A stretch of 63,973 nt of DNA, filler included, from Nemertoderma westbladi (GCA_032718475.1; 3 parts of 3 records of this genome joined end to end with filler, not necessarily neighbours in it), one strand, 5' to 3'; counted from the first letter of the whole stretch, positions 1 through 12,986 are shown. Notes: a model not told the origin generated them from the sequence alone. Made by a program: numbers and translations.

Positions 1-300
1 AGCAGGTTACCGTGGCGCGTTTCTTCTAACCAAAACAATAAAAGAAAGTCAATAGAACATGTTGCAGTTTTATTTTTGAGAGTAATCAGCTGTTATTTGC
101 GTCGATTTTTCCCTGGAGAGGGATGAATTCCCCCCCCCCCCCCCCCCACAATCTGATTGGGCTTGACTGGACCTAACCAATAAATTAAAATGTCAAATTA
201 TTTTCCTATCTTGGAACAATTAACCTTCTATTTATTACTCAGCCACAATAGCCTCTATTTCAGTACACCTCTTATGATAGCTAATTATTTTTTATTTTAG

Positions 301-524
301 AACACGAAAGTCACAAACTTTGCGGCAGTGCCGACTACATGAACCTTCACTTTAAAGTCAAGTGGTTTTTCAACCAGTACGCCAGGAAGTTACCCCAGTT
401 GAAGGATCAGGTGCCGCCCTACGCCAAATGGTTTGAGCCGTTCGTCTTGAACTGGCTGGACGAAAACGAACAACTCTCCATGGAGTTCAATATAGGCGCC
501 TTCGAGAGGGATAAAAAGGATTTG
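301..524 (+). CDS. unc-13: Unc13/Munc13 exon (MUN domain region); first exon visible in window
   Basis: tttag|AACACG acceptor and TTG|gtgagt donor; translates [21 protein letters not shown]...[14 protein letters not shown]...GAFERDKKD, matching the Munc13 MUN-region motif [16 protein letters not shown]. Confidence 0.93.
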
Positions 525-650
525 GTGAGTAAATAAAGTCGGATACAGGGGTAAAAAGGATTTGGTGTATAAATAAAGTCGAATACAGTGGTAAAAAGTA
601 TTTGGTGTATAAATAAAGTCGGATACAGTGGTAAAAAGGATTTGGTGTAG
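508..650 (+). repeat. ~40-bp tandem repeat spanning the unc-13 exon/intron donor junction
   Basis: Unit ~GGATAAAAAGGATTTG|GTGAGTAAATAAAGTCGGATACA repeated about 3.5 times; diverged copies at ~985-1070. Confidence 0.85.
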
Positions 651-2098
651 GCCTATAAATCAGACAGGAGAAATCAACTTTAAGATTGCTGTAATGTCTG
701 TATTTTATGCTCTCATGTATGTTTTTAATACCCATATTATGGAATATACTAAAATCTCAATTTCGTAACGATTTTATTATGAACTACATATTTTTACTGC
801 AAATCTAGTGCAATTCATTAAATATTTTATATTACAGTCAGTTTTTATGCAATCATTACATTAGTCTGTATGTATGGTGTATTTATTCTACGTATATTGA
901 TGTTCATACTTTCTTTGTACCAAAGCGCCTAGAACATCGCGTAAAGGCGCATAATAAATATATATTATTACGTATTATATTATAAATAAAGTCGGATACA
1001 GGGATAAAAAGTATTTGCTTAGTAGATATAGTCTGATGGACGGATAAAAAGATTTTGGGAGTAAATAAATAGGTGTAGGGATACGTATATGTGATTATGT
1101 GAGTTCCATAAATTTGGTGTTAATTAAAGGATTCATTTATTTGTTAATTACAAAATTAAAAAATCCCCTCAACCCTCAACTGTAATTGACCAAAACCTTC
1201 CATAACCTAAACTTTAACTACAGTAAAATCGGTCCCAACTTAGTTAATCGGTGTTTTAGTAATACCCACTACTACTATATCATACAATAACAGATAACTT
1301 GTTACTAAACTAAAATGTTCTAGAATTTTATTACCTCCAGCAAGCTCTCTATTGATGAGATTACCAAAACAAGTAATAATTTTAGAATTAAATAAAATAA
1401 TCCACACTGAGAGAAAAAAAGTTTTTTTCACTTCCGTCAATTTCTTTTCCTTTCCACGATGGAACGAGAAGATAACACCAGTTCTTCCACAATGAATAAA
1501 ACATTTGTTATGTATTCAATATTGTTCCAGTTTTAACAACGCAGTTATTCTTAACAAAATATGGATTCCGATCGAAATGTTGATTTTGGTATTCCAAATC
1601 TGTAAAATTTGAATTTTTTATTTTAAACAAAGCGAAATTAACAAATCTGACTCATCACCCACTATGAAGTCTATCTCACTTCAAATCCATTGCGATGTCA
1701 ATAAATAATCCTTATTAATATTATATGCAAGATACTTTATGTTGACAAATGCTGTATTCAATATCTATTCAATATGTATCCAATATTAAAATATAAGTCG
1801 AATACGTATGTCATAAAATCGCGTCATCAGCAAACTAATGGATCTCATTAAGAAATTATCTAAGTGCATTTAGTGTGTAACTGTGAATTTAATGCGATAT
1901 TTAAAATTAAAATAATTGGTTTGTACCGGTACTGTATACATTTGGTACTAGTGTAATTTATGTAGTGTATACATAAATTACACTAGCACACTATAGTAAA
2001 TATAGTAATTAACTATTTAAATTGACTGTTTAGTTTTGTGAATAAATGAGGCTTGTAAAGTTAAAAAAAAAATTTTAATCTTATATTTTATATTGCAG

Positions 2099-2320
2099 TT
2101 CCAGCGTAGTTCTAACCACGCCCTATTCTCGTGTTCCGTCGTCGATATTTTTGCACATCTAAACCAAAGTTTCGACATAATTCGTAAACTAGAGTGTCCA
2201 GACCCGCAGGTACAGAACATGTACATGTTGCGATTCAGTCAGACACTCAGTAAAGTTCTCAATAAGTACGCAGAACTCACGAAGAAAGAGTTCCCAAACG
2301 TTACAGGAACACAGAAAACA
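2099..2320 (+). CDS. unc-13: Unc13 exon
   Basis: ttgcag|TTC acceptor, ACA|gtaagt donor, 222 nt, phase 0/0; [36 protein letters not shown]. Confidence 0.95.
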
Positions 2321-2377
2321 GTAAGTTATTAAATATAATATCAAGTCCTACAGGCCTACAGTGTGTAATGATTCCTT

Positions 2378-5300
2378 TGAACTACCCCCTTCTCATGTAT
2401 AGGCCCCCATTGTAATGAACTACCACCTTCTCCCACAGGCCCACATTGTAATGAACTACTCCCCTTCTCCCCCAGGCCCCAAATTTGTAATGAACTACCA
2501 CCTTCTCCCACAGGCCCCCATTGTAATGAACTACCCCCTTCTCATACAAGCCCACATTGTAATTAACTACCACCTTCTCCTACAGGCCCCCATTGTAATG
2601 AACAACCCCCTTCTCATACAAGCCCACATTGTAATGAACTACCACCTTCTCCTACAGGCCCCCATTGTAATGAACAACCCCCTTCTCACACAAGCCCACA
2701 TTGTAATGAACTACCACCTTCTCCTAAAGGCCCCCATTGTAATGAACAACCCCCTTCTCATACAAGCCCACATTGTAATGAATTTCCTTCTCCTACAGGC
2801 CGCCATTGTAATGAACAACCCCTTTCTCATACAAGCCCACATTGTAATGAACTACCACCTTCTCATACAAGCCCACATTGTAATGAACTACCACCTTCTC
2901 CTACAGGCCCCCATTGTAATGAACAACCCCCTTCTCATACAAGCCCACATTGTAATGAACTACCACCTTCTCCTACAGGCCCCCATTGTAATGAACTACC
3001 TTCTCCTAAAGGCCCCCATTGTAATGAACAACCCCCTTCTCATACAAGCCCACATTGTAATGAATTTCCTTCTCCTACAGGCCGCCATTGTAATGAAAAA
3101 CCCCTTTCTCATACAAGCCCCCATTGTAATGAACTACCTTCTCCTAAAGGCCCCCATTGTAATGAACAACCCCCTTCTCATACAAGCCCACATTGTAATG
3201 AATTTCCTTCTCCTACAGGCCGCCATTGTAATGAACTACCACCTTCTCATACAAGCCCACATTGTAATGAACTACCACCTTCTCCTACAGGCCCCCATTG
3301 TAATGAACTACCACCTTCTCCTACAGGCCCCCATTGTAATGAACAACCCCCTTCTCATACAAGCCCACATTGTAATGAACTACCACCTTCTCTCACAGGC
3401 CCCCATTGTAATGAACTACCACCTTCTCCTACAGGCCCACATTGTAATGAACTACCACCTTCTCCTACAGGCCCCCATTGTAATGAACAACCCCCTTCTC
3501 ATACAAGCCCACATTGTAATGAACTACCCCCTTCTCATACAAGACCACATTGTAATGAACTACCACCTTCTCCTACAGGCCCCCATTGTAATGAACTACC
3601 ACCTTCTCCCACAGGCCCCCATTGTAATGAACTACCACCTTCTCTCACAGGCCCCCATTGTAATGAACTACCCCCTTCTCATACAAGACCACATTGTAAT
3701 GAACTACCACCTTCTCTCACAGGCCCCCATTGTAATGAACTACCACCTTCTCCCACAGGCCCCCATTGTAATGAACTACCACCTTCTCTCACAGGCCCCC
3801 ATAGTAATGAACTACCCCCTTCTCATACAAGACCACATTGTAATGAACTACCACCTTCTCCTACAGGCCCCCATTGTAATGAACAATCCCCTTCTCATAC
3901 AAGCCCACATTGTAATGAACTACCACCTTCTCCTACAGGCCCCCACTGTAATGAACTACCACCTTCTCCCACAAGCCCCCATTGTAATGAACAACCCCCT
4001 TCTCATACAAGCCCACATTGTAATGAACTACCACATTCTCCTACAGGCCCCCATTGTAATGAACAATCCCCTTCTCATACAAGCCCACATTGTAATGAAC
4101 TACCACCTTCTCCCACAGGCCCCCATTGTAATGAACTACCACCTTCTCCCACAGGCCCACATTGTAATGAACTACCACCTTTTCCTACAGGCCCCATTGT
4201 AATGAACTATCCCCTTCTCATACAAGCCCCCATTGTAATGAACTATCACCTTCTCCCACAGGCCCCCATTTTAATGAACTACCACCTTCTCCCACAGGCC
4301 CACATTGTAATGAACTACCACCTTTTCCTACAGGCCCCCATTGTAATAAACTACCACCTTCCCTCACAGGCCCCCATTGTAATGAACTACCACCTTCTCC
4401 CACAGGCCCCCATTGTAATGAACTAAAAACCTTCTCCCACAGGCCCCCATTGTAATGAACTACCACCTTCTCTCACAGGCCCCCATTGTAATGAACAAAC
4501 ACCTTCTCCCACAGACCCCCATTGTAATGAACTACCACCTTCTCCCACAGGCCCCCATTGTAATGAACTACCACCTTCTCCCACAGGCCCCCATTGTAAT
4601 GAACTACCACCTTCTCTCACAGGCCCCCATTGTAATGAACTACCCCCTTCTCATACAAGCCACCATTATAATGAACTACCACCTTCTCCCACAGGCCCCC
4701 ATTGTAATGAACTACCCCCTTCTCATACAAGACCACATTGTAATGAACTACCACCTTCTCACACAGGCCCCCATTGTAATGAACTACCACCTTCTCCCAC
4801 AGGCCCCCATTGTAATGAACTACCACCTTCTCTCACAGGCCCCCGTTGTAATGAACAATCCCCTTCTCATACAAGCCCCCATTATAATGAACTACCACCT
4901 TCTCCCACAGGCCCCCATTGTAATGAACTACCACCTTCTCCTCACAGGCCCCCATTGTAATGAACTACCACCTTCTCCCACAGGCCCCCATTGTAATGAA
5001 CTACCACCTTCTCCCACAGGCCCCCATTGTAATGAACTACCACCTTCTCCCCAAGGCCCCCATTGTAATGAACTACCACCTTCTCCCACAGACCCCCATT
5101 GTAATGAACTACCCCCTTCTCCTACAGGCCCCATTGTAATGAACTACCACATTCTCCCACAGGCCCCCATTGTAATGAACTACCCCCTTCTCCCACAGGC
5201 CCCCATTGTAATGAACTACCCCCATCTTCTACAGGCCCCATTGTAATGAACTACCACCTTCTCCCACAGGCCCCCATTGTAATGAACTACCACCTTCTCC

Positions 5301-7367
5301 CACAGGCCCCCATTGTAATGAACTACCACCTTCTCCCACAGGCCCCCATTGTTATGAACTACCACCTTCTCCCACAGGCCCCCATTGTAATGAACTACCA
5401 CCTTCTCCCATAGGCCCCCATTGTAATGAACTACCCCCTTCTTCTACAGGCCCCATTGTAATGAACTACCACCTTCTCCCACAGGTCCCCATTGTAATGA
5501 ACTACCACCTTCTCTCACAGGCCCCCATTGTAATGAACTACCACCTTCTCCCACAAGCCCCCATCGTAATGAACTACCACCTTCTCCCATAGGCCCTCCC
5601 ATTGTGATTAACTGCCCCCTTCTACAGGCCCCCATTGTAATGAACTAACACCTTCTCCCACAGGCTCCCGTTGTAATGAACTGCCCCCCTTCTCCTACAG
5701 GCCCTATTGTAATGAACTACCACCTTCTCCCACAGGTCCCCATTGTAATGCCATTGTAATGAACTAACACCTTCTCCCACAGGCCCCCAATGTAATGAAC
5801 TACCACCTTCTCTCACAGGCCCCCATTGTAATGAACTCCCCCCCTTCACCCATAGGCCCCCATTGTAATGAACTACCACCTTCTCCTACAGGCCCCCATT
5901 GTAATGAACTCCCCCCTTCTCCTACAAGCCCGCATTGTAATGAACTACCACCTTCTCCCACAGGCCCCCATTGTAATGAACTACCACCTTCTCTCACAGG
6001 CCCCCATTGTAATGAACTAACACCTTCTCCCACAGGCCCCCATTGTAATGAACTACCACCTTCTCCCACAGGCCCACATTGTAATGAACTACCACCTTTT
6101 CCTACAGGCTCCCATTGTAATAAACTACCACCTTCTCATACAGGCCCCCATTGTAATGAACTACCACCTTCTCACACAGGCCCCCATTGTAATGAACTAC
6201 CACCTTCTCCCACAGACCCCCATTGTAATGAACTACCACCTTCTCCTACAGGCCCCCATTGTAATGAACTACCACCTTCTCACACAGGCCCCCATTGTAA
6301 TGAACTACCACCTTCTCCCACAGGCCCCCATTGTAATGAACTACCACCTTCTCCCACAGGCCCACATTGTAATGAACTAACACCTTCTCTCACAGACCCC
6401 CAATGTAATGAACTACCACCTTCTCCGACAGGCCCCCATTGTAATGAACTACCACCTTCTCCTACAGGCCCCCATTGTAATGAACTACCCCCTTCTCTCA
6501 CAGACCCCCATTGTAATGAACTACCACCTTCTCCTACAGGCCCCCATTGTAATGAACTACCACCTTCTCACACAGACCCCCAGTGTAATGAACTCCCCCC
6601 TTCACCCATAGGCCCCCATTGTAATGAACTACCACCTTCTCCTACAGGCCCCCATTGTAATGAACTCCCCCCTTCTCCTACAAGCCCGCATTGTAATGAA
6701 CTACCACCTTCTCCCACAGGCCCCTATTGTAATGAACTACCACCTTCTCCCACAGACCCCCATTGTAATGAACTACCACCTTCTCCTACAGGCCCCCATT
6801 GTAATGAACTACCACCTTCTCCTACAGGCCCCCATTGTAATGAACTCCCCCTTCTCATACAAGCCCACATTGTAATGAACTACCACCTTCTCCTACAGGC
6901 CCCCATTGTAATGAACTCCCCCCTTCTCATACAAGCCCACATTGTAATGAACTCCCCCCTTCACCCATAGGCCCCCATTGTAATGAACTACCACCTTCTC
7001 CTACAGGCCCCCATTGTAATGAACTCCCCCCTTCTCCTACAAGCCCGCATTGTAATGAACTACCACCTTCTCCCACAGGCCCCTATTGTAATGAACTACC
7101 ACCTTCTCCCACAGGCCCCCATTGTAATGAACTACCACCTTCTCCTACAGGCCCCCATTGTAATGAACTACCACCTTCTCCTACAGGCCCCCATTGTAAT
7201 GAACTCCCCCTTCTCATACAAGCCCACATTGTAATGAACTACCACCTTCTCCTACAGGCCCCCATTGTAATGAACTCCCCCCTTCTCATACAAGCCCACA
7301 TTGTAATGAACTACCACCTTCTCCCACAGGCCCCCATTGTAATGAACTGCCCCCCTTCTCCTACTAG
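2378..7367 (+). repeat. 36-bp intronic minisatellite, roughly 135-140 copies
   Basis: Consensus ACAGGCCCCCATTGTAATGAACTACCACCTTCTCCY; copy number estimated as span/36; explains the long repetitive ORFs in the track. Confidence 0.97.
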
Positions 7368-7534
7368 GCCTGCATAGTAATGAACAACATCCAACAACTG
7401 CGGATTCAGTTAGAGAAGGTTTACGATGGGATGGGTGGGGACCGCGTAGACAGACAGGCGTCGGCTATCCTACAGGATTTACAGAAATACCTCCACGAAC
7501 TGCTCAACCAACTAGCTGCCGTATTCGCTAAGAG
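7368..7534 (+). CDS. unc-13: Unc13 exon
   Basis: ctactag|GCCTGC acceptor, AAGAG|gtaagg donor; ACIVMNNIQQLRIQLEKVYDGMGG matches Munc13 CILMNNIQQLRVQLEK. Confidence 0.93.
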
Positions 7535-7744
7535 GTAAGGCGACATTACATATCGGTAGGTCTGGTTTTTGCTCCAATGATTTTTCCCGCAATACAATCT
7601 AACTTTTGGTGTTATGTGCCATTATTTAACATTCCGACTCAAAATTATAATATATCGGTTTAGTATAGGAAGATAAAGATTAATATAAAAAGAAGCGTAA
7701 AAATATCTGGGCATAATTTTATCCCACTACTCGTCTTTCCTTAG

Positions 7745-7925
7745 CATGGAAATTCAGATACGTAAAACGGTTATGGAGCTGTCCAAGCTCTTACACGGGA
7801 TAAAGGGCTCTGGGAACATTCAGCTGAACAAACCCGAGGTTAAAAACGAGGTAGCTCAATGTTCGGATAATGTGTTGCGGCCTCTAATGGATCTGTTGGA
7901 TGGGAAACTATCCATGTTCGCTGAG
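7745..7925 (+). CDS. unc-13: Unc13 exon
   Basis: ttag|C acceptor (phase 2, matching previous exon), GAG|gtgagt donor; ...DNVLRPLMDLLDGKLSMFAE. Confidence 0.92.
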
Positions 7926-8111
7926 GTGAGTGAAGTGGGTCTATAATTGGTAGCAAAGAAGGCGCCAAAGAGGTTAGTGGTAGGCCAAGTGTAGGAAAGT
8001 GATACTAAGTAGTGAGAAAATAAAACTATGGGAATGAGATTGAGTTGCTTTATTTGAATCTTAATTATAATGAGCAGTATTCCTCTTTATTCTCAGTGTT
8101 TATAATTACGG

Positions 8112-10325
8112 AACTGAAGGCAGCGGAAGCCCGAGTAGAGGGAACCCAGCATCACATTGCCGTTCGTCTAGCTGACCCGAACCTGCTCGAGCATGCAGTC
8201 CGCCAGGCAAATACCTGGTGCGAGGGTAAACTAGAGCAGAGGAGGGCTGACCATGACGAGAAGATTAGGTGGTGGGCAGGGAGCCTAGGGACTCCCTTAC
8301 TTAATGTCAAAGGCACAGTCCGGTGTGAAGACTGGATAGCGTTGCCTGAGATGTGGAGTCGGTGCTCAGACTTGGGGCCAAGAATCCGGTCAAAACCAAG
8401 TTTGACACCGCACTCTTCTACACACAGGTGGATTTCACCCACACCACTGATGCTGACAGAGTAAGTGTGTCCCACCATTCCCAGAATTATACGCCAGGTT
8501 GATGCGCCTCCAGCGGCAATCTGATGCTGTCGCTACAACGGCGCGTTACCTGAAGCACCAGGGATTGATTGCTGTGCCGTTCGACAAGGGGAATGGATTC
8601 TGTGTGCTGAGGAAGGAGTCATACCTCGCTCGGGCTGACAGGCCCCTACGTCCAATAACCTCCATGCCCGGCAGCATTTACCATCCTATCGCTGAGTTCC
8701 TCAGAGATATGTTGGACGCGCTGCCCGAAGGAAAGATATCGACTAACAGTGCTGGAGCTGCCAGAATTCTCGCTGAACTGGATGTAGAACCCACGGACCG
8801 TCTCTACTCACTGGACGTTGTGAGTTTATTCACTAACGTCCCACTGAGGGAAGCGGTGCAGGTCTCTGCTGATCTACTGTATGAGCAACATCCTGACACC
8901 CAGCCAATCAGCAAGGACCAATTTATTCGTCTGATGCTGTTGGCTACCAAGGATGTTATATTCCTAGATCACCATGGCAACTATACAGTACGTCTGTCAG
9001 AAAGATGGTGTCGCTATGGGGTCCCCTTTGGGTCCCATACTCGCCAACATCTTTCTCTCACAGTTAGGCGAGCAGATCACAGTGGGGACCAGGCTCAGTA
9101 CGAGGTACGTCGATGACGTGTTCAGTGTTGGAAGTAACGACCCCACTGAGAAGTTGAGGGAGGTCAATGACCTCCATCCGAATCTCAAGTTTACACTTGA
9201 GTTGGAGGAACAGGGTCGGTTGTCCTTTCTCGATATGGTTGTGACACGTACGAGTCACGCACTTTCAACTGTTTGGTACCGCAAGCCTACAGATACTGGG
9301 CTCGTCCTGAATGCTACAGTACTGTCCTGAGTCATACAAACGCGGTGTGGTTCGTGGTATGTTCCATCGTATATTTAACGTCAGTAAGGGTAGGTCTAGG
9401 GATGGTTATCCCAACTCAATACTGCTTTTGGGGGAGGGAAGTATATTCTTCACAATAACCAATATACGGATGCGATGGTCCTACATGAGCTTACTGCGGT
9501 ACAAGCCGATAGGGGGTGCACAGGCAGTGACACATGGACTGAAGTGCCAACGGTGGTTCCCACTGAGGTCATTGACCTTGATGGCAACGTGCCGGCTGAC
9601 AGTTCCACGCCCATTATCTGTAAGTTTGTGTACCGAGGCCGGGCAACCGACCTCTTTGTTCGAAGGTTGTGTGGTCTCATACCCATGTCTTACACACGGT
9701 CAGTTCGGTTTGTTTTTACAACCTCCAAACTGCGCCAGTCGCTCCTACCATTAAAACATCCTGTCCCTGATATCCTTGTTTCTAACGTCGTTAATTCTTT
9801 CTCCTGTCCCTCTTGTAAGGGGGGATATGTTGGACACACTACCCAACACCTGTTTGAACTCGTTAGACAACACCAGGACGGTACAGCCAATGACGGGAGT
9901 GAGCAGGGCAAGACTGTGCCCAACACATCATGTCGCACCGCGGCGAGCCCAATACACGATGGCTGACTGACTGGCGCGAGCTTTTTAAACATTTCAAAGT
10001 TATTGCTAGGCACCCACTGCGCCCTGTTCGGGCAAAAGCTTGAAATGCTACTATATTCGCACGCGCCAGCCAGTTATCAACAAACAGAAACGTGATTGGC
10101 GCAAGTTTGTTGTGCTGCTTCCCAGTGGTTAGTTAGTATGTATCAGCCCCATCACACTTTGCCTGTTATTCTCCTTTGGGAACTTCACTCTACTGTCGTC
10201 CTGCTACCTTGAGCATCCTGAGAAAGCCCGCTGTATTGAGGCGAAACCTACCGATCAGCTGTCTGCAGTCAGCTGATCACTGATTACATGCATGTCTGGG
10301 TCTCGCAGTCGATTTTTCTTTACTT
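8112..10325 (+). mobile_element. Penelope-like retroelement relic (RT + GIY-YIG), frameshifted and internally deleted
   Basis: PFDKGNGFCVL, PLRPITS, SLDVVSLFTNVP, GVAMGSPLGPILANIF, RYVDDVF, FLD, YRKPTDTG; GIY-YIG-like NVVNSFSCPSCKGGYVGHTTQHLFELVRQH; boundaries approximate. Confidence 0.9.
10214..10313 (+). ncRNA. Degenerate hammerhead-ribozyme-like motif at the Penelope 3' end
   Basis: CTGAGAA-AGCC...GGC-GAAAC core (10218-10247), GATCAGCTG/CAGCTGATC hairpin, candidate GUC triplets at 10300-10302 and 10308-10310; stems I and III imperfect. Confidence 0.45.
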
Positions 10326-10743
10326 GTTGTACATACCGGTACCTGCCGGTACGGTTTTTTACTATTAGTAGCTTGACGTGAAATATAAATAAAATATAAT
10401 TAGCAACTTTTCAAGCTTTCCTTACTACTGTTTATAATTAATTATAACACATTAGAACAATAATTTAACCCATTTTTATCATAACAATCTAACTTTCTGC
10501 GATTGCTAAAAAATTTAAGTTTCAATAATATTCAGCGCAAATTATTGTGTTGGCTTATCTTCTGGATCGCTATACAGTAGTTGGCTAGACACACTGTGAG
10601 TGGTGATTCAGTATTTGGGGTCGAGGAAAGGGAATAACAACTCGTTAAAACGGGTAAATCTGAAGTATGATTATAGTCAATTAATCTAATTAAATAAATA
10701 CAAAGAATAACATTAATTTATTGTACAGGTATCACATATTTAA

Positions 10744-12465
10744 TCAAGTAAAATTACATTTAATAACATTGCCGATTGATAATACAGCACAAGCCGTTTC
10801 AACAGCGATATTTAAACTAGATTGACGAATAACAGCTAAATCGCTAATTAATGATTCCTCGTCTTTGCTCTCGGTAATTAATTGAGTTTTAGAACTTTCA
10901 ATGTCGCAGTTACTCATAGACAGCTGTGCGAGACCGTGGGGCGTTAAGTATTCCAGTTGACGCAACTGGCCGCTGGTTCTACTCGTATCTACGCGACCAC
11001 AGACGCAACATTCTGATTGGTCGGACGCCCAGCAGTGATGGGCGTTGGTGTCGGTGTATAGTCGGTCGTCAGATGTGGCCGTGTGTAACGCGAAGAGCGT
11101 AGCGAGCAACGAGTTAACGAAAGCCGAGACCCCCGATGCGGTGTGACCTCGGGAGCAACCGGGATGATTGATTGCGGCCCGGTAAGAGGAGACCACACGG
11201 TGTATGAGCACGGTCTCGTAGCAACCAGCACCGGGGACGACCTCAGGGTTAACCAATAGAACCTTTAATGTCTCTACAACGGAATCGATCATTCGTTTAG
11301 TTTCGTCTACAACTGGTTCGCACCAACCCGCTAGACACAAAGTGGCCACGTTGCATTCCTGTTTTATATGCAGGAAAGACTTAGACTTCATCTCTGTCGT
11401 ACTAACTTCCGTTATTCGTCCGACATTCCGCGATTGGATTGAACCTAACGGGTTAGATAGAGCGACGCAACCTAACGCTTTACGCAGCTGGTTAGTCTGT
11501 ATTCGACCTAAACGTTCGAAAGCTAAAACTTTTCTAGAATTCATGGAATGTTGTAAATCGGGACTGATTACTTTCTGGCAAAACACAATGTCGATGTTAC
11601 ATCGAGTTATCGATTGTAACAGTAGGTTGTAAAGATGTTGTAGTTGATTCTCCAGAGTGGTGGATCCTTGTTGGGTGACGTTCGCGTTATCAGTGAAACC
11701 ATCTAGGATAGTCTCGTTTAACATACAGTCGTAAACGATACAGGTAATGGGATGTTTGTTGGTAATCAACTCGTCTATGAGTTTATCCTTGTTTCCCAAT
11801 GGGATGGGTATTAGTAACCCGGGGAGTACCGCGGATGTGTGGATGTCCGAGGAGTCTGTGGTCAGTATGTTTACCGAGAGTTGGTTGACGGATAGTTGAT
11901 TCGAGTCGGAAGGTATTGATAATATAAAACCCTGGAGTATCAAAGTAGATAGGAAATTGTTGTCGTTTTTGTTTAAACTAGGTATCGGTTTGGTGTTTAT
12001 TAGGTTTCTTATGAATTGTATAAGTTGAGAGGTTGATGAAATGTTTATCTTATTTTCTCGAGTTGTTGTTTTATCAGCCGTATTAATAATTTCTGAGCAT
12101 CTCTCGTAAATATTTTTTATCAACATTGGGTTGATTTCGGTTTTTAGGGCTCTTCTAATTAATTGGCAGGTAAAGTGAAGGAATAAATTGCGTCCATCGT
12201 CCCATAGGAATTCATTTAATGTGGATTTAATTATGTTACTGACTGGACTCTTTAGTTCTATGTAAGGGACTAATGTGGGTAGGAATGATGAGGCTATGAT
12301 GTCGTCTTGTACACCGATTAGTTTCGCGTTACTACGGGGGCCGTATGTTGACTTACACAGACGTATAATCCTATCTAGGTCGTCTATGATATATTTATTA
12401 GTATCCCAGGAGTGGCGGGTAACTTGTACCTGGTTGGGGCCCTGGAGAGTGAATTGTTCGGCCAT
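10744..12465 (-). CDS. MKKS: McKusick-Kaufman/BBS6 chaperonin-like protein; single coding exon, nested antisense in an unc-13 intron
   Basis: 573 aa; divergent group II chaperonin motifs CKSTYGP, INTKP, CQKVISPDL, AFERLG, GAGCYET, HHCW...CCVCG, in the order seen in MKKS. Confidence 0.85.
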   Translation of the reverse strand: MAEQFTLQGPNQVQVTRHSWDTNKYIIDDLDRIIRLCKSTYGPRSNAKLIGVQDDIIASSFLPTLVPYIELKSPVSNIIKSTLNEFLWDDGRNLFLHFTCQLIRRALKTEINPMLIKNIYERCSEIINTADKTTTRENKINISSTSQLIQFIRNLINTKPIPSLNKNDNNFLSTLILQGFILSIPSDSNQLSVNQLSVNILTTDSSDIHTSAVLPGLLIPIPLGNKDKLIDELITNKHPITCIVYDCMLNETILDGFTDNANVTQQGSTTLENQLQHLYNLLLQSITRCNIDIVFCQKVISPDLQHSMNSRKVLAFERLGRIQTNQLRKALGCVALSNPLGSIQSRNVGRITEVSTTEMKSKSFLHIKQECNVATLCLAGWCEPVVDETKRMIDSVVETLKVLLVNPEVVPGAGCYETVLIHRVVSSYRAAINHPGCSRGHTASGVSAFVNSLLATLFALHTATSDDRLYTDTNAHHCWASDQSECCVCGRVDTSRTSGQLRQLEYLTPHGLAQLSMSNCDIESSKTQLITESKDEESLISDLAVIRQSSLNIAVETACAVLSIGNVIKCNFT

Positions 12466-12596
12466 TTGTAGATGGAGATCTTAGTTTCAGTACAAAAGGG
12501 TCTAAATCTAAACCAAATTATGATAGTTTATGATGATCGCCTAATTTTTATATCAGTTATAAATTAGGCCTAATCGAAACGTCTCCAATTAATTAA

Positions 12597-12986
12597 TTAA
12601 TTAATAAGACCCGCAGCTGCTGTTTGTTGCTCGAGTTTTTTACTCAAGGTTTTTCGTCTCTCGGTTTCGCGGACAACATTAGCGTGGAGTTTATTCAGTC
12701 TGTCCTGAGCGTTCTGAAGTATACTGTTAGCGAGGAGAACTTTCCTCCTGCAGTTCCCCAACCGTTTTATGTATGGTTCGAGGTCTATGGGGGCGGATTT
12801 CGCGAGTTTAACCTCCCGGAGCTGTCGATCGACTTCCTCGAGTCGATGCAGCAGTTGAGATTGACTGTCGCGCGCGAGTTTAACTCGTCCGTCTATCGCC
12901 TCTACCGACGGGCCGAGCAGTTGTAGTAGTCCTTGTCGGAATGTGTCAGACACTTCGGGCGAGAGGTCGTCTCCGGTGTCAGTCAT
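12597..12986 (-). CDS. SNAPIN: Snapin (BLOC-1/BORC subunit); single coding exon
   Basis: 129 aa coiled coil; DLEPYIKRLGNCRRKVLLANSILQNAQDRL...RETERRK matches Snapin DLDPYVKKLLNARRRVVLVNNILQNAQERL. Confidence 0.93.
   Translation of the reverse strand: MTDTGDDLSPEVSDTFRQGLLQLLGPSVEAIDGRVKLARDSQSQLLHRLEEVDRQLREVKLAKSAPIDLEPYIKRLGNCRRKVLLANSILQNAQDRLNKLHANVVRETERRKTLSKKLEQQTAAAGLIN

Noticed and set aside
2415-7234. Long ORFs (595, 391, 263 aa) of MNYHLL/PHCNELPP repeats
   Set aside because: By-products of a stop-poor 36-bp unit inside an intron; the flanking unc-13 exons join in phase without them
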